From Gaiellales bacterium (GTDB lineage: Bacteria > Actinomycetota > Thermoleophilia > Gaiellales > Gaiellaceae): a DNA stretch of 64,000 nt. Below the pieces are notes generated by a model. It was not told the DNA's origin. It ran no database searches and worked only from the letters and a program-made list of their open reading frames with translations. The DNA lies in NCBI GenBank assembly GCA_038237515.1, contig JBBRYP010000009.1, positions 7,953-71,952 of the forward strand, in the 5' to 3' direction. This document shows positions 27,288-35,610 of the stretch, in pieces (within the stretch, counting starts at the first letter, position 1; each line of letters starts with the position of its first letter). Made by a program: the position numbers and the translations under genes.

Positions 27288-28498
27288 GGTGCCACCGCCG
27301 CCGCGGTTACTCCGTCGGCCAGCGCGGCGAGCCGCATCTCGAGCTCAGGCCCCCCGTCGCGCGGAAGGACGTCGTTCCCCGCGAAGACGACCTCCACGCA
27401 CCGCTCCGCCGCCACCTCGCAGACCACGTCGATCGCCGCCGCCTTGACCTCCACGAGGTACACCTCGGCATCGACCCTCGCAAGATCCCGGCGCAGCGCC
27501 GGCCGGTCGGCGAGGTTGCGCGAGACGAGCACGATCTGGGCGTCGAGATGCTCGACGGGAGCGGGTCCGGTGGTGAAGACGGCGACGCGTCGGCCATCGA
27601 GCGGCTGCTCGGGACGGAGCCGCAGCGTGATCGGCACGACCGGAACGTCCTTCAGGCGCCGGATCGGCTCGGAGGCGCTCCCGCCGGTGAGGAGGACGAG
27701 GTCGGACATGAGCACCCGGTAGGCATTCAGGAACGAGACAGCGTCCTCGGCATCGCGCGCCACGAGCACGCGGCGATCGGTGGCGACCGGAGGAAGGGCG
27801 GCGCCGCTCCCGTCGAAGAGCAGAACCTCCGGGTCGAGCGTCAGAGCGAGGTCGATCCCGGCGGGGACGTTGGAGGTGGTGGTAGCTCCTGAGAGGCCAC
27901 CGCCGCAGCGCCTGCAGCCGACCGTCGGGACACCCACGAGTGCGGCCGTCTCCAGGTAATCGGAGGCGGCGTGGGCCCCGCTGCGCGAGAGCTCGAGCAG
28001 CCCTTGAGGGCTCGGCGGCTCCACGCAGAGCTCGGGCTCGGCAGGACCTCCTCGCCCCATGGAGACGACCACGACGCGGCCTCGCCGCGCGAGCATGCGG
28101 GCGAGGTGGCCGGTAACGGCCGTCTTGCCGACTCGCTTGCCCGTCCCGACGACGCTGATCGACGGCCGTGGGCAGGGCTCGAGCGCTGGCGGGTCGAAAC
28201 GGAAGTCGGCGCCCGCGTAGGGAATCCCGTGGGCGAGCACCCGGCTCGCGAGGCGCAGCCGCTCTCGCGGGCCGAGCACCGGCTCGTCGGAAAGGTCGAT
28301 GACGAGCTCGGGCTCGTGGTCAGTCAGCGCCTGCTCGAGATCGTGCGCCAGCGGCACCCCGTACGCGCCGTCGCCGCGGAGCTTCTCGATTCCCCCGACG
28401 AGGAGCGCACCCACGACCTCGTAGGGAAGCTCGTCCAGGGCGTCCCGGACGACAGACGGGTAGTGCTCGCCGTCTACGATCGCAAGGACGCGCGTCAT
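27284..28498 (-). CDS. cpgS: Cyclic 2,3-diphosphoglycerate synthetase
   Basis: ATG 28498 gives MTRVLAIVDGEHYPSVVRDAL...GGIEKL, then the P-loop-like VVGTGKRVGKTAVTGHLA. ATGA overlap with the upstream gene. The long ORF extending to 28912 is out-of-frame overlap. Confidence 0.7.
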   Translation of the reverse strand: MTRVLAIVDGEHYPSVVRDALDELPYEVVGALLVGGIEKLRGDGAYGVPLAHDLEQALTDHEPELVIDLSDEPVLGPRERLRLASRVLAHGIPYAGADFRFDPPALEPCPRPSISVVGTGKRVGKTAVTGHLARMLARRGRVVVVSMGRGGPAEPELCVEPPSPQGLLELSRSGAHAASDYLETAALVGVPTVGCRRCGGGLSGATTTSNVPAGIDLALTLDPEVLLFDGSGAALPPVATDRRVLVARDAEDAVSFLNAYRVLMSDLVLLTGGSASEPIRRLKDVPVVPITLRLRPEQPLDGRRVAVFTTGPAPVEHLDAQIVLVSRNLADRPALRRDLARVDAEVYLVEVKAAAIDVVCEVAAERCVEVVFAGNDVLPRDGGPELEMRLAALADGVTAAAVAP

Positions 28499-29301
28499 GA
28501 GCGGGTGGTGACTTCGTTCTCGATCCGGCCCGTGTACTTCTCGTAGGCGAGGGTCTCCGTCGAGAACTGGATGATCCGCTCCTGACCGTGGAACGGATAC
28601 TTGCGCCAGACGTCGACGTGCGAGTCGACGATCTCGACGATGTTGTAGCAGGGCCGCGTGTTGCCCCGGAGGCGCGACGACGACACCGTCCCGGTGTTGA
28701 CGATGAAGAGGTTCTCGAGCCGCCACGCGTACGGGACGTGCTTGTGCCCGCACAGCACAAGGTCGACGCCCGCGCGCTGGAGGCACTCGATCGCGTCCCC
28801 CGCGTCGTAGACGACGTTGCGCTCGCGCCCCGTTCCCGGAACGGGAAGCAGGTGGTGGTGGAGCACGAAGACGCGCAGCTCGGAGTCGTCCGCGAACTGC
28901 TCCTCGATCCACCTGTAGCGCCCGCGCCCGATCTGGCCCTCGTCGAGGTCGGGCTGCGTGGAGTCCGCGGCGACGACCGTGACGCCCCCCTTCCGGACGA
29001 CGGGGTTGCGCTCACCGAACAGCTCCTCGAAGTGAAGGTAGCCGACGTTGCGCGAGTCGTGGTTGCCGGGGATGACGACGAGCGTGTCGCACTGGAGGCG
29101 GTCGAGGTAGCTCTTCGCCTCGGCGTACTCGGGCTTGAAGCCGAACGTCGTGAGATCGCCCGAGCACACGACGATCTCCGGGCCGAGCTCGTTGATCTCG
29201 CTGATCGCCCGCTCGAGCAGTGCAGGAACGAAGTGCGGGCCGCCGCAATGGAGGTCCGAGATGTGGGCGATCGTGAAGGCACCGCTGCGGCGGGCGGGCA
29301 T
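28495..29301 (-). CDS. Calcineurin-like metallophosphoesterase
   Basis: ISDLHCG, SGDLT, GNHD, VLHHH, CGHKH motifs. ATG 29301 (MPARRSGAF) is preferred because the longer start at 29418 would overlap the divergent gene. Confidence 0.85.
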   Translation of the reverse strand: MPARRSGAFTIAHISDLHCGGPHFVPALLERAISEINELGPEIVVCSGDLTTFGFKPEYAEAKSYLDRLQCDTLVVIPGNHDSRNVGYLHFEELFGERNPVVRKGGVTVVAADSTQPDLDEGQIGRGRYRWIEEQFADDSELRVFVLHHHLLPVPGTGRERNVVYDAGDAIECLQRAGVDLVLCGHKHVPYAWRLENLFIVNTGTVSSSRLRGNTRPCYNIVEIVDSHVDVWRKYPFHGQERIIQFSTETLAYEKYTGRIENEVTTRS

Positions 29302-29381
29302 GCCGCGAAGTGTAGAGCCGGGCGACGGTGGGGTTTCGGCGTCCGGCGCGCGAGCTACGCTGTGGTTACGTGGAGCTGGAA

Positions 29382-29738
29382 ATGCCGGTTTTCCAGGCGT
29401 ATCGCGGGTGCGAGCCACCCCGCTTCGCCAACGAGGCGGAACTCGAGTGCGCGAAGATCCTCGACTACCACGGCGTGCCGTGGGCCTACGAGCCTCGGAC
29501 GTTCGTGCTGGAGGAGGGCCCCGACGGGCGAGTCGCCGAGGCCTTCACCCCCGACTTCTACCTTCCGGAGCAGGACCTCTACCTCGAGGTGACCGTGATG
29601 AAGCAGTCGCTCGTGACGCGCAAGAACCGGAAGTTGCGCAAGCTCCGGGAACGGTATCCCGAGGTTCGCGCCAAGCTCTTCTACAAACGCGACATCGAGC
29701 GCCTGGCGCAGCGATACCACCTCGATCTGGCGTCATAG
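29382..29738 (+). CDS. Hypothetical protein with a PD-(D/E)xK-like motif
   Basis: FTPDFYLPEQDLYLEVTVMKQ resembles a restriction-endonuclease-fold core. ATG 29382 is preferred over 29328. Confidence 0.5.
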   Translation: MPVFQAYRGCEPPRFANEAELECAKILDYHGVPWAYEPRTFVLEEGPDGRVAEAFTPDFYLPEQDLYLEVTVMKQSLVTRKNRKLRKLRERYPEVRAKLFYKRDIERLAQRYHLDLAS

Positions 29739-30295
29739 AGCGCGACGTTCGCGTCGGCGAGGTCTACCTGTCGGGTGCGGCGATCCACTCGCGCGTCCAG
29801 GAGCTCGGCGGGCAGCTTGCTACCGACTACGCAGGCCGGGAGCCGATCCTCGTCGCGACGCTGAAAACGAGCTTCATCTTCCTTGCCGATCTGTCCCGCG
29901 CGACTCCCATCCCTCACGCCGTCGACTTCGTCGAACTCGCGGGCTACGGCGGCGCCGCGATGGGAGGGCATGCGGCGATCCGGTTCCTCAAGGATCTGGA
30001 CACCGAGATAGCCGGCCGCGACGTCGTCCTCGTCGAGGACATCGTCGACACGGGACTCACCCTCAACTACCTCGACCGGATGTTCCGCCTGCGCGCCCCA
30101 CGCTCCCTCGCGGCCGTCACGCTCCTCGACCGACCCTACCGCCGCCTCGTCGACGAGCTCCCGGTGCAGTACGTGGGCTTCACCGTGCCCGACGAGTTCT
30201 TCGTCGGCTACGGCTTCGACCTCGACGAGCGCTACCGGAATCTGCCCGACCTGCACTACGCGCACCCGAACGGCGCCGGACTCGCCGAAAGTTAG
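29735..30295 (+). CDS. hpt: Hypoxanthine-guanine phosphoribosyltransferase
   Basis: LVATLKTSFIFLADL, the PRPP motif VVLVEDIVDTGLTL, and FVGYGFDLDERYRNLP. There is no ATG/GTG/TTG near the conserved N-terminus. ATA 29735 (overlapping the upstream TAG) or CTG 29768 are the only candidate starts. Confidence 0.85.
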   Translation: MERDVRVGEVYLSGAAIHSRVQELGGQLATDYAGREPILVATLKTSFIFLADLSRATPIPHAVDFVELAGYGGAAMGGHAAIRFLKDLDTEIAGRDVVLVEDIVDTGLTLNYLDRMFRLRAPRSLAAVTLLDRPYRRLVDELPVQYVGFTVPDEFFVGYGFDLDERYRNLPDLHYAHPNGAGLAES

Positions 30296-30310
30296 GCGAA
30301 CCTAAGTTTT
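30288..30310. promoter_or_regulatory. Candidate DtxR/MntR-family operator upstream of mntH
   Basis: AAAGTTAGG-CGAA-CCTAAGTTT inverted repeat, 24 nt upstream of the mntH start. The arms match the TTAGG...CCTAA ends of the DtxR/IdeR box. Confidence 0.45.
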
Positions 30311-30333
30311 CGGGGTTACACTGCCAGGAAGAC

Positions 30334-31614
30334 GTGATGGGGACGCGGATAGACGCTCTGCCGCGCCCACCGGGCGCGGGCGAGCTGGTTCTACGGGGGC
30401 AGCAGCGACGCCTTCGCCTCCTTCCGTTCCTAGGCCCTGCGTTCATCGCCTGCGTCGCGTACATCGATCCGGGCAACTTCGCGACCAACATCGCCGGGGG
30501 CTCGAAGTTCGGGTACACGCTCGTGTGGGTGATCGTCGCCGCCAACCTGATGGCGATGCTCATCCAGTTGCTTTCGGCGAAGCTCGGCATCGCCACCGGG
30601 CAGAACCTGCCCGAGCTCTGCCGCGAGCGCTTCTCGACGCGGACGGCGATGGGTCTCTGGGTTCAGGCGGAGCTCATCGCGATGGCCACCGACCTCGCCG
30701 AGTTCCTCGGGGCCGCGCTCGGGTTCCATCTGCTCCTCGGGATCCCGCTGTTCGCGGCCGCCGTCATCACCGGCGTCGCGGCCTTCGCGATCCTTGCGCT
30801 GCAGCGCTTCGGCTTCCGGCCGTTCGAGGCGGTCATCGCTGGGATCGTCGGGGTCGTCGGCGTCTCCTACGTCGCAGAGCTCTTCTACGCGAAGCCGCCC
30901 TATGCCACCGTCGCGAAGCACGCGTTCGTGCCGGAGTTCAGAGGCCAGGAGTCGGTGCTGCTCGCGGTCGGGATCCTCGGCGCGACGATCATGCCGCACG
31001 TCATCTACCTCCACTCCGCTTTGATGCAGAACCGCGTGGTGCCGGAGAACGACCAGGAGGCGCGGCGGCTGATGCGCTACACGAGGGTCGACGTGGCGAT
31101 CGCCATGTCGCTCGCGGGCTTGATCAACGTCGCCATGCTCGTAGTGGCGGCCAGCGTCTTCTACAAGTCGGGCTTCCTCCACGTCGACTCGCTCGAGGGC
31201 GCCCACCGCACGCTCCAGCGTCTCCTCGGCGGCAGCGCCAAGACCCTGTTCGCGCTCGCCCTCGTCGGGTCGGGCCTCTCCAGCTCGACGGTCGGAACGA
31301 TGGCCGGGCAGGTGGTCATGCAGGGCTTCATCCGGCGCAAGATCCCGGTGTTCGTCCGTCGCCTGGTGACGATGCTACCGGCGTTCGTCGTCATCGGGAT
31401 TGGCGTCGACCCCTCGCGGACGCTCGTCCTCAGCCAGGTCGTCCTCTCCTTCGGGATCCCGTTTGCGCTGATCCCGCTCGTCCTCTTCACCTCGCGGAGG
31501 GACGTCATGGGCGCCCTGGCGAACCACCGCCTGACGACGGCGGTCGCAGTCGTGGTCGCGGCACTGATCTGCGCGCTCAACGTGTTTCTGCTCGCGCAGA
31601 CGTTCGGGCTGTAG
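30334..31614 (+). CDS. mntH: Nramp-family divalent metal (Mn2+) transporter
   Basis: 426 aa. FLGPAFIACVAYIDPGNFATNIAGGSKFGY and ATIMPHVIYLHS. Confidence 0.93.
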   Translation: MMGTRIDALPRPPGAGELVLRGQQRRLRLLPFLGPAFIACVAYIDPGNFATNIAGGSKFGYTLVWVIVAANLMAMLIQLLSAKLGIATGQNLPELCRERFSTRTAMGLWVQAELIAMATDLAEFLGAALGFHLLLGIPLFAAAVITGVAAFAILALQRFGFRPFEAVIAGIVGVVGVSYVAELFYAKPPYATVAKHAFVPEFRGQESVLLAVGILGATIMPHVIYLHSALMQNRVVPENDQEARRLMRYTRVDVAIAMSLAGLINVAMLVVAASVFYKSGFLHVDSLEGAHRTLQRLLGGSAKTLFALALVGSGLSSSTVGTMAGQVVMQGFIRRKIPVFVRRLVTMLPAFVVIGIGVDPSRTLVLSQVVLSFGIPFALIPLVLFTSRRDVMGALANHRLTTAVAVVVAALICALNVFLLAQTFGL

Positions 31615-31670
31615 CCGCTTCGCCTCCGGGTGTCCCGTGCGCCGAGTGCGGCTACCGAGGCCACTGAGTC

Positions 31671-31890
31671 CGACGACGGCGAGGCGGGCGAGGTAAAGAA
31701 CCTCCTCGGCGTTGAAGGACCAGTCATTGGTGTGCATGAGCCGGTAGGCGAGTGCATGTGCACGGAGGGGGCGAAGGGGGGAACTCCGTTCCCCTCTTGG
31801 AGCGGAGGCGAAGCTGCAGCGATAACTCCAACATCCCGTATGGCAGCCGGGGGTCTCGGGGGGCGCGAGCCCCCCGGAAAGCGAGGCGCC
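31671..31890 (+). repeat. Copy A of the ~230-nt structured intergenic repeat (3' end diverged or truncated)
   Basis: Shares ...GAGCCGGTAGGCGAGTGCATGTGCACGGAGGGGGCGAAGGGGGGAACTCCGTTCCCCTCTTGGAGCGGAGGCGAAGCTGCAGCGATAACTCC...GCCGGGGGTCTCGGGGGGCGCGAGCCCCCCGG with the copies at 36775 and 51392. Confidence 0.85.
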
Positions 31891-33089
31891 TACAAATAGC
31901 CCAGCGGATCCACAGCCGACCCGTTGATGCGCACCTCGAAGTGGAGGTGGGGCCCGAAGCAGTGGCCTGTGCAGCCGACATAGCCGAGAACCTGGCCTTG
32001 AGAGACCTGCTGGCCGCTCGAGACGGCGAGGGCGGACTGGTGGCCGTAGGCGGTCGAGATGCCGCCGCCGTGGTCGACCACGACCAGGTTGCCGTAGCCC
32101 CCGAGCCAGCCTGCGTAGACGACGGCGCCGGACGCGGCCGAGTGGATCGGGGTGCCGTACCCGACGCCGATGTCGATGCCCTCGTGCATGCGACCCCAGC
32201 GCCAGCCGAAGGGGCTCGTGATCGGGCCGTTCACCGGCCAGATCAGTCCGGCAGCGGACGGCGGCGCGGACGAGGGAGCCGAAGACGGTGGTGCCGAAGC
32301 CTCGGCTGCACGGATCTTTGCCGCGAGCTGGGCGCTCACCCTGGAGAGCGACTCCGCCTCGGCGACCTCCTCCCGCTCGGCCTTCGTCAGCCCGGCCAGG
32401 GCGCCCTGCTTGCGCTCGCGCTCACGGGCGACGGCGTACTCGCCGGCCAGCAGCCGGTCGCGCACCTCCCGCACCTGCGCCGTTCGCGCCTCGATGACGC
32501 GGGTGGCGGAAGCGACGCCGACGCGCGTACGCCTCGTCGTGAGCCGAGCGATGCGCGCGTCGTCGCGCGCCTGCTCCACCTCGCGCGCGATCTGCTTGTC
32601 CCCCTGTGTCACCAGGCGCAAGAACTCGAGGTCGTCGATCAGCTGCGAGAGGCTGCGCGCGGAGATCAGCACGCCGAGGGTGCCGACCTCGTCGCCTTCG
32701 TACAACTCGATCAGCCGTCGGTCGAGCCGCGCGAGCGCCACCGCGTATTCACGCCGCAGGAACCCGAGACGCTGCGTCTGGAGCTCGAAGAGCGCCGTCA
32801 GGTGGGCGAGACGCTCTTGGTGGAGCTCGAGGTCCTGCTCGAGCGGCGCCAGCCGCGCCTGCGCGCCTCCCACCGCGCCCTCGAATCTGCGAATGCGCGT
32901 CGTCACGGCCGCGATTTCGCCCTTCAACGTCGATTCGCGCGCCTGAAGCGCGGCGATCTTGTCGTGGACGCGCGCGAGCTGCGCGTCGACGTCCACCTTC
33001 CGCTGGGAGGGATTCGTCCCGGCGGCGGGAGCGGCGGCAGCGACGACCGCCAGCACGGCAAGGAGAAGCGAACGGCGCACCCTGACCAC
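31890..33089 (-). CDS. M23 peptidase with N-terminal coiled coil (EnvC-like)
   Basis: C-terminus HEGIDIGVGYGTPIHSAASG...VDHGGGISTAYGH...GPHLHFEV. GTG 33089 or 33080 precedes the signal/TM RRSLLLAVLAVVAAAAPAAG. The longer ORF extending to 33347 overlaps the upstream gene. Confidence 0.85.
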   Translation of the reverse strand: MVRVRRSLLLAVLAVVAAAAPAAGTNPSQRKVDVDAQLARVHDKIAALQARESTLKGEIAAVTTRIRRFEGAVGGAQARLAPLEQDLELHQERLAHLTALFELQTQRLGFLRREYAVALARLDRRLIELYEGDEVGTLGVLISARSLSQLIDDLEFLRLVTQGDKQIAREVEQARDDARIARLTTRRTRVGVASATRVIEARTAQVREVRDRLLAGEYAVARERERKQGALAGLTKAEREEVAEAESLSRVSAQLAAKIRAAEASAPPSSAPSSAPPSAAGLIWPVNGPITSPFGWRWGRMHEGIDIGVGYGTPIHSAASGAVVYAGWLGGYGNLVVVDHGGGISTAYGHQSALAVSSGQQVSQGQVLGYVGCTGHCFGPHLHFEVRINGSAVDPLGYL

Positions 33090-33126
33090 GATTTCGGCGG
33101 CCGGGACAGCGTCCCTGCCGCGGGTG

Positions 33127-33618
33127 CTACTCCGCCTGCGGGATCCCGGGCGCCGGCGCCGGGGGCGTCGCGGGCGGTGGGTACGGCTCGGGAATGTCGG
33201 GCTGCTGCGGCGGCTCGTGCGGGACCGGCGTCGGCTCGGGCACGATCGCCGGCTCCGGAGGCGTCGAGGGCGGCGGGTACGGCTCGGACATGTCGGCCGA
33301 ACCGTACACGCCTCGGCCCGCGCGGGGCTCGAGCGCGGCCAGCGCACCGGCCGCGGCGCGCCGGAGCGGCGTCACGAGCACGCGGTAATCCTCGTCGGAG
33401 ATCTTCCCCGTCCGCTGGTCGAACTCGAGCTCCTTCAGCGCTGCGAGCGCGCGGTCCCGCTCCTCCGCGAGCGCGAGCTGACGCTGCTCCAGCGGCCCCG
33501 GGTCGTCGAGCAGGTCGGCGTCGCGGCGAAGGGCCGGCTCGCGCAGAAAAGGCCGGGCGACGAACAGAACGACTAGGACAGCCAGGACGGCTGCAAGCGC
33601 CAGAGCAGCCGCCGTCAC
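33127..33618 (-). CDS. CcmI/CycH N-terminal-like cytochrome c biogenesis protein with Pro-rich tail
   Basis: GTG 33618 forms a GTGA overlap with the ccmF stop. TM helix, then ALAALKELEFDQRTGKISDEDYRVL, and repeated EPYPPP(S/A)TPP in the tail. Confidence 0.5.
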   Translation of the reverse strand: MTAAALALAAVLAVLVVLFVARPFLREPALRRDADLLDDPGPLEQRQLALAEERDRALAALKELEFDQRTGKISDEDYRVLVTPLRRAAAGALAALEPRAGRGVYGSADMSEPYPPPSTPPEPAIVPEPTPVPHEPPQQPDIPEPYPPPATPPAPAPGIPQAE

Positions 33619-35606
33619 GCCGTCTCGGCGAGGATGCCGCTGTAACGCGCGGCGAGGCGACGTTCCTCGCGTGCGTCCGGCCACAGCGCGATGAGCGAGC
33701 CCCCGAGGAAGACGAAGCCTGCGAGCCAGATCAGGTTCACGAGCGGCTTCACGAGCACCTTGAAGTAGATGCTCCCGTCGGAGTTGACCTGGTCGACGAT
33801 GACGTCGACGTCCTCCGCCCGCAGCAGGTCGCGGTGGATCGCCATCTCGTTCGAGGTCTGCCGTTCGGCCGCGTAGTAGTTCTTGCCCGGGTCGACGCGG
33901 CCGACGAGCCGCCCGCCGCGGTAGAGGTCGGCGGAGGCCCGCAACTCGCGGGCGTTCCCGGCCTGGCGCTCCGTCGTGCCACGGTAAACGAGGCGGTACG
34001 AGGCGACCTGCATCGACTCGCCCGGCCGCAGCTTTCGCTCCCGGACCGTCTGGTAGGCGCTGGACCCGGCGACGCCGATCGCCAGGAAGACGATCGCGGC
34101 GTGGACGACGTAGCCGCCGTAGCGACGCCGGTTGCGGCTGACGAGGGAGCCGAAGGCAGTCAACCAGCCCTCGCTCGCGACCGCCCGCCGCGCCACCGTA
34201 CCCCTGCCGAACTCGAGGAGGATCGAGCCCAGGACGAAGGCGGAGAAGGAGTAGGCGATCAGGCCCGGCCGCGACGAGCCGGCTCCGAGCGCTGCAAGGG
34301 CGGCGCCGGTCGCGACGGCGAGTACGAGCGGCCACGCGAACGTCTTCCCGAGCGAGCGCAGCGACGCCTTGCGCCAGGCGACGAGCGGCCCGATCCCCAT
34401 CAGGAGCAGGAGCGGCAGCCCGAAGGATCTGAGGAAGAAGTCGTAGTACGGACGCCCCACCGTCACCGCCTCCCCCCGGACCGCCTGCGAGAGGAGCGGG
34501 TAGGTGACGCCCCAGAGGATCGTGAGGCAGAACGCGACAAGCAGCAGGTTGTTGTAGAGGAAGGTCGCCTCACGCGACACAAGCGACTCGAGCTTCGTCT
34601 TCGCGCGCAGGAGCGGCAGGCGCAGGAAGACGAGCGCGACAGAGCCGGCGGTGATGAAGCAGATGAAGCCGAGAAACCAGGGCCCGATCGAGCTCTCGGT
34701 GAACGAGTGGATCGAGTTGATCACCCCGGACCGGGTCAGGAAGGTGCCGAAGATCGACAGACAGAACGCCAGGATCACGAGCAGCATGTTCCAGACCTTC
34801 AGCATCCCCTTCCGCTCCTGCACCATCACGGAGTGGAGGAACGCCGTCGCCGCGAGCCACGGCATCAAGGCGGCGTTCTCGACCGGATCCCAGGCGAAGT
34901 AGCCGCCCCAGCCGACCTCGACGTAGGCCCAGTGCGCACCGAGGAGCTGGCCGATCCCGAGGAACGCCCAGGCGGCGAGCGTCCAGCGACGGGTCGCGAC
35001 GATCCAGCGTTCGTCCGTCCGGCCGGAGAGGAGAGCCCCCATCGCAAAGGCGAACGGGACGGTGAGCCCGACGTAGCCGAGGTAGAGCATCGGCGGGTGC
35101 GCGACCATGTACGGGTTCTGGAGGCTCGGGTTCAGGCCGGCGCCGTCCGCCGGGGCGACCTGCGTGGCGAACGGGCTCGCGACCCCGACGAGCAGGAAGG
35201 CGAAGAAGGTCGAGACGAGGCCGAGGACCGGCACGACCCACGCCACCACGTCGCGAGCCGCGTGCCGGTTCAGCAGGACAGCCGCCGCCCCGTATCCGGT
35301 AAGGACGACGAGCCAGAGGAGGAGCGAACCCTCCTGCCCGCCCCAGAAGGCCGACATCGCGTAGAGCGTCGGCAGGCGCCGGCTCGTATGGTCGGCGACG
35401 TAGGTGAAGGAGAAGTCGCGGCGGATGAGCGCCGCGAGCAGGACGACCCCGGCGAGGGCCGCGGCGCCGAAGGCCGCGAGCAGCGCGTTCTGCGCGGACA
35501 CCGCGAGCCGCCGCCTGCGCTCGCGGGCCGCAAGAGCCCCGGCGAGAAGGGCGTAGAGGCTCAGCCCCAGGCAGACGACGAGCGCGGCGCGACCCAGCTC
35601 GGGCAT
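33615..35606 (-). CDS. ccmF: Cytochrome c-type biogenesis heme lyase CcmF
   Basis: 663 aa, polytopic. WGGYFAWDPVENAALMPWL (WWD-type motif). Confidence 0.92.
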   Translation of the reverse strand: MPELGRAALVVCLGLSLYALLAGALAARERRRRLAVSAQNALLAAFGAAALAGVVLLAALIRRDFSFTYVADHTSRRLPTLYAMSAFWGGQEGSLLLWLVVLTGYGAAAVLLNRHAARDVVAWVVPVLGLVSTFFAFLLVGVASPFATQVAPADGAGLNPSLQNPYMVAHPPMLYLGYVGLTVPFAFAMGALLSGRTDERWIVATRRWTLAAWAFLGIGQLLGAHWAYVEVGWGGYFAWDPVENAALMPWLAATAFLHSVMVQERKGMLKVWNMLLVILAFCLSIFGTFLTRSGVINSIHSFTESSIGPWFLGFICFITAGSVALVFLRLPLLRAKTKLESLVSREATFLYNNLLLVAFCLTILWGVTYPLLSQAVRGEAVTVGRPYYDFFLRSFGLPLLLLMGIGPLVAWRKASLRSLGKTFAWPLVLAVATGAALAALGAGSSRPGLIAYSFSAFVLGSILLEFGRGTVARRAVASEGWLTAFGSLVSRNRRRYGGYVVHAAIVFLAIGVAGSSAYQTVRERKLRPGESMQVASYRLVYRGTTERQAGNARELRASADLYRGGRLVGRVDPGKNYYAAERQTSNEMAIHRDLLRAEDVDVIVDQVNSDGSIYFKVLVKPLVNLIWLAGFVFLGGSLIALWPDAREERRLAARYSGILAETA

Positions 35607-35610
35607 GGAG

